DNA from: Candidatus Krumholzibacteriia bacterium
GTDB taxonomy: Bacteria > Krumholzibacteriota > Krumholzibacteriia > JAJRXK01
Assembly (NCBI GenBank): GCA_041484665.1
Contig: JBGPIA010000034.1
Coordinates: forward strand, 1 to 17,059
Direction: 5' to 3'
Length of the DNA stretch: 17,059 nucleotides
Program-made: the position numbers and the translations under genes
Part shown: positions 11,109 to 17,059 of the stretch, piece after piece
How the letters are laid out: each line of letters begins with the position of its first letter
Numbering within the stretch: position 1 is the first letter of the stretch
The notes under the pieces: generated by a model
What the model was told of the DNA's origin: nothing
What the model saw: the letters and a program-made list of their open reading frames with translations, nothing else
Database searches by the model: none

Positions 11109-11939
11109 ATGGACACTTCCAGAGAGTCGCTAGCGGACGGTTACGAATCCTTCTATCGGGGGTTCGACTCGCCCTTGATGCGTCAGCTTCGGCGCGAAGC
11201 CTACGGCGAGGACATTGGACAACACTCCTGGGTGAGGGCCGAGGAGCTGCGCGCGGACATCCACCGCCTCAAGCTGTCATCTTCGAGTCGGTTTCTCGAT
11301 CTTGGCTGCGGGCCCTGCGGGCCGCTGACGTACATTTTGGCCACCGTTGGGTGTCAGGGTACCGGAGTGGAACTCAGCCCATCGGCTCTCCAGGTCGGGC
11401 GAGCGCGCGCCGCCTCGCTTGGCGTCGATGCCTTGCTCTCGGTTCAAGAGGCCGACCTCAACGAGCCGCTTCCGTTCAAGTCTCGGTCGTTCGATGCAGC
11501 AATGTCGCTGGACGTAGTGCTCCATCTTCGCGACCGCTTAAAGCTGTTCCTGGAGGTTGCGAAACTGCTACCGCCCGGTGGGCGGTTTCTGTTCACCGAT
11601 GCCGGGGTGTTCACCGGCTCTGTCTCGAACGAAGAGGTGCGCAAACGCAGCGTCCACGGCTACACCCAGTTCGCGGCGGCAGGCTGGAACGAAGGGCTGC
11701 TCGAATCCGCGGGGTTTCGGCTGATCGAGACTGAGAATCGGACGATGAGCGTGGTCAAGAACGCCAGCGGCAGGCTGGCGGCCATGCAGGCGCATCGAGC
11801 AGAGCTCGAGCAAGTTTCCGGTGCTGCGGACTTCGAGAAAGAGCAGGACTATCTCAAGACCGTTGTCGAGTTGTCGCGCAGGGGAGCCGTGTCGCGAATG
11901 ATGTATCTGGCCGAAGTTCATGGGCCAAAGGCAGGCTGA
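11109..11939 (+). CDS. Class I SAM-dependent methyltransferase
   Basis: FLDLGCGPCG, GVELS, ADLNEPLPFKSRSFDAAMSLD, LLPPGGRFLFTD. Confidence 0.92.
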   Translation: MDTSRESLADGYESFYRGFDSPLMRQLRREAYGEDIGQHSWVRAEELRADIHRLKLSSSSRFLDLGCGPCGPLTYILATVGCQGTGVELSPSALQVGRARAASLGVDALLSVQEADLNEPLPFKSRSFDAAMSLDVVLHLRDRLKLFLEVAKLLPPGGRFLFTDAGVFTGSVSNEEVRKRSVHGYTQFAAAGWNEGLLESAGFRLIETENRTMSVVKNASGRLAAMQAHRAELEQVSGAADFEKEQDYLKTVVELSRRGAVSRMMYLAEVHGPKAG

Positions 11940-11984
11940 CCAGGCGTTGGAGCGCACGGGTCGTCGGCGCGCCGCCTGTCGGGC
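11934..11984 (+). other. Degenerate/internally deleted attC with GAC/GTC core
   Basis: GGCTGAC CAGGCGTTGGAGCG...CGCGCCGCCT GTCGGGC; stop codon lies within R''. Confidence 0.5.
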
Positions 11985-12037
11985 GGCACGCGCAATCACC
12001 TGGTCCACGGAGCGGGAGAGAGCGTAAGGTTCGAGCA

Positions 12038-12616
12038 ATGAAGGTTGCCTTCGGGATGAAAGCTCATTCAGGCTGGGCAGCCCTGGTGGTGGTCGGCAAA
12101 CGTGATGGCGACTTCGTAGTCGTCGAACGCTGCCGCATCGAGCTTGTTCAGGACGAATGGGCAAAGCAGCCGTACCACGCCGCGGAGGGCTTGAGGCCGA
12201 ATGCGGCACGAGATATCGTTGAGCGCGGTATCGAAGCGGCGCACAGGATCGCGGTGCGAGAGATGCGAGCGGCCGTAGAGCGCGAGCGAGCGCGGAACAA
12301 CGAAGTTACAGCGTGTGCGATACTTGTGGGCAATCCCATGCCCGAGTGGAGCATCGAGGAGATTCTCGCCGTTCACTTCCGCATGCACAAGGCCGAGGGC
12401 GCTCTGTTCCGGGATGCGCTGGTCGGTGCCACCAAGGCGTGCGGCTTGAGGCTGGTCGCGATCCCAGAGATGCTGCTGACGGAGCACGCCGAGAAGGCGC
12501 TCGGGACCCCAGCGAGCGGCCTAACGAAGAAGATTGCGATGCTCGGGAAGTTTGTCGGCCCTCCTTGGGGGAAAGACCAGAAGGACGCTGCTCTCGCTGG
12601 CCTGATCGCGTTGTAG
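12038..12616 (+). CDS. Hypothetical protein
   Basis: 192 aa ORF with globular-protein composition between two attC-like sites; no confident family. Confidence 0.8.
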   Translation: MKVAFGMKAHSGWAALVVVGKRDGDFVVVERCRIELVQDEWAKQPYHAAEGLRPNAARDIVERGIEAAHRIAVREMRAAVERERARNNEVTACAILVGNPMPEWSIEEILAVHFRMHKAEGALFRDALVGATKACGLRLVAIPEMLLTEHAEKALGTPASGLTKKIAMLGKFVGPPWGKDQKDAALAGLIAL

Positions 12617-12643
12617 GCTTCTCCCAAAGTGCGGGGAACGCCC

Positions 12644-12705
12644 GCCGAACAAGGCGACGCACCGGACGGCGCTTCACGCCACCGCTGCTCGCCAAGGCGT
12701 TGGAC
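12644..12705 (+). other. attC site (62 bp)
   Basis: R'' GCCGAAC, GGCGA[C]GCACCGG pairs with CCGCTGCTCGCC, R' GTTGGAC. Confidence 0.8.
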
Positions 12706-12724
12706 AACCGGATCGGACTTGCGA

Positions 12725-13285
12725 ATGGGCATGGACCTGGACATCCGGCGGATTGGAGCAGCGGACGCGGCTTTGCTTGTCGCGCTTCGCCGCGAGGCAT
12801 TGGAGAACAACCCGCTCGCCTTCGGGGCATCCACCGAGGACGATTACAGCCTCTCGCTCGAGCGGGTTCGGGCGTTTCTGGCCGACCCTCAGGAGCAGGC
12901 GGTCTTCGGCCAGTTCGAAGGCGGCGTCCTCGCCGGGATGGTCGGGGTGAGACGAGAATCCAGGTTGAAGCGACGGCACAAGGCGCACATCTGGGGGATG
13001 TACGTCGCTCCGCGCGCGCGGGGGAAGGGCGCCGGACGGGCATTGCTCGCGGCAGCCATCGCGCAGGCGCGCGCATGGCCCGGCGTCGAGCAGCTGCAGC
13101 TCAGCGTCACCGACGCCGCCGACACCGCGCGGCGAATGTACGAGGCTGCAGGGTTTCGAGCGTGGGGACACGAGCCTCGCGCGCTGCACTGGGAGGGGTG
13201 CTTCGTGGACGAGCTCCATCTCGTCTTGGAGCTCGGCGTCCCATCGGGCGTGCCGCCCAACCAAGGCGCCCAACGGGTAAACTGA
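12725..13285 (+). CDS. GNAT family N-acetyltransferase
   Basis: LRREAL...PLAF, HKAHIWGMYVAPRARGKGAGRALL (acetyl-CoA motif A), ARRMYEAAGF; C-terminus reads into attC R''. Confidence 0.92.
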   Translation: MGMDLDIRRIGAADAALLVALRREALENNPLAFGASTEDDYSLSLERVRAFLADPQEQAVFGQFEGGVLAGMVGVRRESRLKRRHKAHIWGMYVAPRARGKGAGRALLAAAIAQARAWPGVEQLQLSVTDAADTARRMYEAAGFRAWGHEPRALHWEGCFVDELHLVLELGVPSGVPPNQGAQRVN

Positions 13286-13361
13286 CGCCGGGCGCGCTGG
13301 CCTTGCGAGTCGCGCGAGCCCCGCACGCCGGCACGCCGCCGCGCTGCGAGCGCCGTGAGCA
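13255..13361 (+). other. Degenerate attC with duplicated R''
   Basis: GCCCAAC at 13255-13261 and 13268-13274, L''-like GTAAACTGACGCCG; right end uncertain (GTGAGCA at about 13355). Confidence 0.45.
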
Positions 13362-13375
13362 ATCGGGAGCGCAGT

Positions 13376-13434
13376 TCAGAGGAGAACAGGCTCGGGTCAG
13401 CGGAGAACAGGACCAGCTCAGCGGAGAACGGGAT
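13376..13434 (+). repeat. 21-bp-period tandem repeat x3 containing the RBS
   Basis: TCAGAGGAGAACAGGCTCGGG / TCAGCGGAGAACAGGACCAGC / TCAGCGGAGAACGGGAT then ATG. Confidence 0.8.
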
Positions 13435-13848
13435 ATGGCCGAGAGCGCACTCGCGAAGAAGATGAAGCTCAAGCCCGGTCATCGGGCCGCGCTCGTCACT
13501 GCGCCGCAGAACTACCTGAAGGAGCTCCGTCCTCTGCCCAGCGGCACGCAAATGGCCGACCGGCTGACCGGCAAGTTCGACTGGGTGCAGGTGTTCGTGA
13601 GAGACAAAGCGGAACTGGAGAAAGTGATCCCGCGTCTCACGCGAGCGGTGAATCCGGATGGTATCGTGTGGATCTCGTTCCCCAAAGGAACGTCCAGGAT
13701 CCAAACCGACTTGACCCGCGACAAGGGCTGGGAGGGCCTCGAGCACGTGGCCCTCAAGTGGATCACGCTGATTTCCGTGAACGAGACCTGGTCGGCGTTT
13801 GCGTTGCGGCCGTACAAACCGAGCGAGGAGCGCCAGCCCTTCCGGTGA
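13435..13848 (+). CDS. DUF3052-like protein
   Basis: ATG 13435 within ORF 12313-13848; LAKKMKLKPG, DGIVWISFPKGTSRIQTDLTRD, SVNETWSAFALR. Confidence 0.8.
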   Translation: MAESALAKKMKLKPGHRAALVTAPQNYLKELRPLPSGTQMADRLTGKFDWVQVFVRDKAELEKVIPRLTRAVNPDGIVWISFPKGTSRIQTDLTRDKGWEGLEHVALKWITLISVNETWSAFALRPYKPSEERQPFR

Positions 13849-13882
13849 GCCTTGCGATGGTGGTGGTCCCGAGGAGGGCTCC

Positions 13883-14374
13883 ATGCTCCTGCTCCGGAGT
13901 CTGTTCTTTGCAATCGTCGTCCCCGGCACCGTCGCGGGTGTGATCCCCTATCTCATCGTGTCGCGCGGGCGGGGCTCGCCCCTGGACCACTGGGGACCGG
14001 CGCAGTTTGGTGCGCTGCTGCCAATTGCGCTGGGGGCCTCCATTCTCTTGCGTTGCATCTGGGAGTTCGCTCACGTCGGCCGCGGTACCCTCGCGCCGAT
14101 CGATCCGCCCAAGGAGCTGGTCGTGAGCGGACTCTATCGGTACGTCCGCAACCCGATGTACGTGGGCGTCTTCATCCTGCTCCTGGGGGAGGCATTGCTG
14201 TTCGAATCCGTCCGGGTGCTCGAGTACATGGCCGGCTGGTCGGTCATCGTCCAGCTGTTCGTGGCTCTCTACGAGGAGCCGGCGTTGCGCCGTCGGTTTG
14301 GGGAATCCTACGAGCGCTACTGTCGTTCCGTTCGCCGGTGGCTGCCTGGGCGCCCGTTCGCCGGGACCGCGTGA
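13883..14374 (+). CDS. Isoprenylcysteine carboxyl methyltransferase (ICMT/PEMT) family membrane protein
   Basis: GAGGAGG RBS; GRGTLAPIDPPKELVVSGLYRYVRNPMYVG, EEPALRRRFGESYERYCRSVRRWLP. Confidence 0.92.
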   Translation: MLLLRSLFFAIVVPGTVAGVIPYLIVSRGRGSPLDHWGPAQFGALLPIALGASILLRCIWEFAHVGRGTLAPIDPPKELVVSGLYRYVRNPMYVGVFILLLGEALLFESVRVLEYMAGWSVIVQLFVALYEEPALRRRFGESYERYCRSVRRWLPGRPFAGTA

Positions 14375-14514
14375 CAAGCGCTTGGAGCTGACAAGGGCGC
14401 GCTATCTGCGGCAGCCACCGCGCCTTATGCTTGGCCGCGCCTTATCCTCGAATGTGGGGCCTACGCGGCGGCTGCGGCGCAGCACCCTCGCAGCTGAAGC
14501 GCAGGCAGTGAGGC
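14369..14514 (+). other. Long attC site (146 bp) with non-canonical GAC/GTG core
   Basis: GCGTGAC AAGCGCTT[G]GAGCTG[A]CAAGG...CCTCGCAGCTGAAGCGCAGGCA GTGAGGC. Confidence 0.8.
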
Positions 14515-14535
14515 GAACAACGCGATGATCGACGC

Positions 14536-15375
14536 ATGATGGCGTGGCTGGCATCGGGCGGCGCGGTTGTCGCGATGGGAGTTGTCTACTCGACGGTCAC
14601 GTCGCTGCCCGTCCTTCGTCGGTTGCAGGGGTCGCGGCAAGGCGAGGGGAGACGAAGTAGCGGGCCGGGATGGCTTGCTTCATTCCTGTCGGGATGTCTT
14701 TTCGCACTGGCGGGCCGTCCGCTCATTGCGTCGCTTCATCTCTCGACTCACTGGCTCATCCTTTCATTGTGGTTGCTGTTGTTCGTCCTTGGCTTCCTGC
14801 TGAGCATGATCGAAGCGAGGGCGTTCACGGACGGACCAAGCCCTGTTCGGGTGCGCGACGTCATCGGTGCGATGGCCGCGTCGGCAGTTGCGGCATCGGT
14901 CGCCGGGTGCTTGATCAAGGCGCCATCGCCTGGTTCCTTGTCCGTGAACCTCGAACAGTGGATTGACACGTTCGGATGGACCGGTCTGGTGGTTCGTCTT
15001 CTCGGTGCGGCCGTCGCGTTCATGGTGGCCTACTGCGTCATCGGATCCGTGGCGTGGCGGTTCGTCCGCCCGTTCTACGCTGATCCGAAGTTGGGACTGC
15101 GCCTGCGGATCCCGTCCGGACGATTGGTCGTCTTGCTTCAACTCGGACGCGGACTCTTGGCCGTCGTGGCGCTGGCACCGCTCATCGCGTCCTTGTCGGC
15201 GCATGGTTTCGACTGGTGGGCCAGGTTCGCGTTTGCTCTCGCGGTGACGTCCGGCGTGATTCCCCTCCTTGGAGCCGCCGGTTGGCCGACGTACCTTCGC
15301 ATCGTGCACGGCGTGGAGATCGTCGTGTTCGACCTGGTGTACGCGTTCGCGTTGTGGCGGATCCTCGGGGTCTGA
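14536..15375 (+). CDS. Hypothetical multi-pass membrane protein
   Basis: 279 aa with about 8 hydrophobic segments, starts 21 bp after attC. Confidence 0.8.
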   Translation: MMAWLASGGAVVAMGVVYSTVTSLPVLRRLQGSRQGEGRRSSGPGWLASFLSGCLFALAGRPLIASLHLSTHWLILSLWLLLFVLGFLLSMIEARAFTDGPSPVRVRDVIGAMAASAVAASVAGCLIKAPSPGSLSVNLEQWIDTFGWTGLVVRLLGAAVAFMVAYCVIGSVAWRFVRPFYADPKLGLRLRIPSGRLVVLLQLGRGLLAVVALAPLIASLSAHGFDWWARFAFALAVTSGVIPLLGAAGWPTYLRIVHGVEIVVFDLVYAFALWRILGV

Positions 15376-15581
15376 ATCGGTGACCGTCCCAGTGCTCGAA
15401 ATTGGATGGAGGACCGCCGGTTTACGGAGGCGTAGCTTCGGCATATGCTTGACCGAGCCACCGGCCACCGCCCCCGAGCGCATCTCGGTCGCGAGACTGA
15501 ATCGGCTCCCTAGAGATCTTGCTCGACCGGTGCTCAAGCGAGCAGATCTCGTCTCCCTGCGCGCCGCGTAACGGGGCCTCT

Positions 15582-15632
15582 GTCCAACAGGGCGGTGGAG
15601 CGGCCGCGGCGCTCACCGCCGAAGCGTTCGGC
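15582..15632 (+). other. Very short attC site (51 bp), canonical AAC/GTT
   Basis: GTCCAAC AG GGCGGT[G]GAGCG GCCGCGG CGCTCACCGCC GAAGC GTTCGGC. Confidence 0.8.
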
Positions 15633-15651
15633 GTAGGAAAGGCGACTGCAT

Positions 15652-16125
15652 ATGCCCGAGTACAAGTCGGTAGTCGTGTGGAGCCGCGACGGCGCAGCCT
15701 TCACTGACAATCGCTACAGCCGCAGCCACCGCTGGCTTTTCGACGGTGGCGTCGAGGTGCCGGCGTCGTCCTCCCCACACGCCGTCCCACTCCCGCTGTC
15801 CGTCGCGGCAGCGGTCGATCCAGAGGAAGCCTTTGTCGTCAGTCTTTCCAGTTGCCACATGCTGTGGTTCCTGTCCATCGCCGCCAAGCGGGGGTTCTTG
15901 GTTGAAAGCTACCGCGACGAAGCGGTTGGGGTGATGGCCAAGGACGCGTCAGGCAAGCTGGCGATGACGCGCGTGACGCTCCGCCCCGCGGTCGAGTTCG
16001 GCGGCGAAAGGCAGCCCACGGCGGACGAAGTGGTTGCCCTGCACGACGAGGCGCACGAACAGTGCTACATCGCCCACTCGGTAAAGACCGACGTCCGGTG
16101 CGAACCGGTCGGCATACCCGGCTAA
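15652..16125 (+). CDS. OsmC/Ohr family protein
   Basis: YSRSHRWLFDGG, VDPEEAFVVSLSSCHMLWFL, AHEQCYIAHSVKT (two conserved Cys). Confidence 0.93.
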   Translation: MPEYKSVVVWSRDGAAFTDNRYSRSHRWLFDGGVEVPASSSPHAVPLPLSVAAAVDPEEAFVVSLSSCHMLWFLSIAAKRGFLVESYRDEAVGVMAKDASGKLAMTRVTLRPAVEFGGERQPTADEVVALHDEAHEQCYIAHSVKTDVRCEPVGIPG

Positions 16126-16156
16126 CACACCAGTAACCACACCATGAGACGATAAA

Positions 16157-16546
16157 ATGAAGGACTTAGCAATCGCCCTGGAAAACCGACCTGGCGCGCT
16201 GGCCGAGATGGGCGAGGCGCTGGGCCGCGCCGGGGTGAGCATCGAGGGTGGAGGGGCGTGGGTCGTCGACGGCACCGGTGTCGCCCATTTCCTCTTCGAG
16301 GACGCAACCGCCGCACGCAAGGCGCTCGAAGCGGCTGGCATCCGCGTCCTCGAGGAACGGGAGGTGCTCCTGCAGCGATTGAGGCAAGCCGTCCCCGGTC
16401 AACTCGGCCTGCTCACGCGCCGGATGGCCGAGGCCGGCGTCAATATCGAAGTCCTGTACAGCGACCATGACCACCAACTGATCCTCGTGGTGGACGACCT
16501 TGCGCGAGGTCGGGCGGTCTACGAGGCGTGGGCCCGCGAGCGTTGA
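16157..16546 (+). CDS. ACT domain-containing protein
   Basis: Two ACT-like repeats: LENRPGALAEMGEALGRAGVSIEG and QAVPGQLGLLTRRMAEAGVNIEVLY. Confidence 0.9.
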   Translation: MKDLAIALENRPGALAEMGEALGRAGVSIEGGGAWVVDGTGVAHFLFEDATAARKALEAAGIRVLEEREVLLQRLRQAVPGQLGLLTRRMAEAGVNIEVLYSDHDHQLILVVDDLARGRAVYEAWARER

Positions 16547-16581
16547 TCGTGGGGTCGATTCTGGATCGAAGCACTGCGGTG

Positions 16582-16731
16582 GCCGAACCCGGCGCCGCAA
16601 CCGAACCCGCCGTAGGGCGCGATCGATCCGGATCCGATTTGCGCGGGAGTCGCGGCCCAAGGCGCCGTTGCAGGTCCGCAATCTCGTCGCTTACGCTCGG
16701 ATCTGGCAGCTGAACGCCAACGCCCTCAGGC
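16582..16731 (+). other. Two adjacent degenerate attC remnants
   Basis: GCCGAAC CCGGCGCCGCAACCGA at 16582 (R'' exactly complementary to GTTCGGC at 15626); second GCCCAAG..CGTTGCAGGT...AGCTGAACGCC..CTCAGGC at 16655-16731. Confidence 0.55.
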
Positions 16732-16795
16732 GGCTCCAGCCGCGCGGTGGACCAAGATTCGAGCGGCGGAAGCCTCATCTACGGAGGAAGTGACT

Positions 16796-17002
16796 ATGCA
16801 GCGGTTTCTCGGAAAATATTCTGAACCCGTTTACGCCGTTCTTCGCTTGGTGGCCGGTTTCCTGTTTGCGTGCCACGGCGCCCAGAAGCTGTCTGGCGCC
16901 CTTGGAGGCACTCCGCAGTGTATCCATCCGGCGATCCCATCCCCAGGATACGACGTCACGCGCGGCGGGGTAGCGCGCTCGATGGGTCAGGCAGCGGCTT
17001 GA
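16796..17002 (+). pseudogene. Truncated DoxX family protein
   Basis: GGAGG RBS; MQRFLGKYSEPVYAVLRLVAGFLFACHGAQKL.G.LGG is a DoxX N-terminus; similarity ends near 16920 and the ORF stops at 68 aa. Confidence 0.7.
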
Positions 17003-17059
17003 TTCTGGGCGGGTAGCGACGCCGCTTGCTGAGCAGCCCAGGCGTCGGGCAGCAGATCG

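Larger units (their letters stand above)
5680..17059 (+). mobile_element. Integron gene-cassette array, partly degenerate, continuing to the window edge
   Basis: Short, functionally unrelated, mostly co-oriented ORFs separated by at least 8 recognisable complete or partial attC sites; includes a TA pair; intI about 4 kb away. Confidence 0.85.

Noticed and set aside
10959..13434. CRISPR array from the x3 repeats
   Set aside because: Units are contiguous 19-21 bp tandem repeats without proper unique spacers; no cas genes
12313..13434. 5' part of the 511-aa ORF 12313-13848
   Set aside because: Arg-rich off-frame overlap of two better genes and an attC; only 13435-13848 looks protein-like

Overview
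GC-rich window containing an unusual integron locus. On the minus strand a stand-alone error-prone polymerase gene (dnaE2, 1676-5347, own sigma70-like promoter, no imuA/imuB in the window) lies 114 bp upstream of, and co-oriented with, an integron integrase gene (intI, 374-1561). Downstream of intI is an attI-like site (about 135-165) followed by the start of a cassette-like gene running out of the window, a 'reverse' integron layout. On the other side of dnaE2, about 11 kb (about 5680-17059) is a mostly plus-strand array of cassette-like genes: RHH/RelE toxin-antitoxin pair, two SAM methyltransferases, GNAT, ICMT-family, OsmC, ACT, DUF3052-like, a DUF642/choice-of-anchor C protein, membrane proteins and three apparent pseudogenes. 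These are separated by attC sites, many degenerate and several with GAC/GTC instead of AAC/GTT cores. The first attC is inverted relative to the rest. All family calls are from motif recognition by eye; no searches or folding were run.
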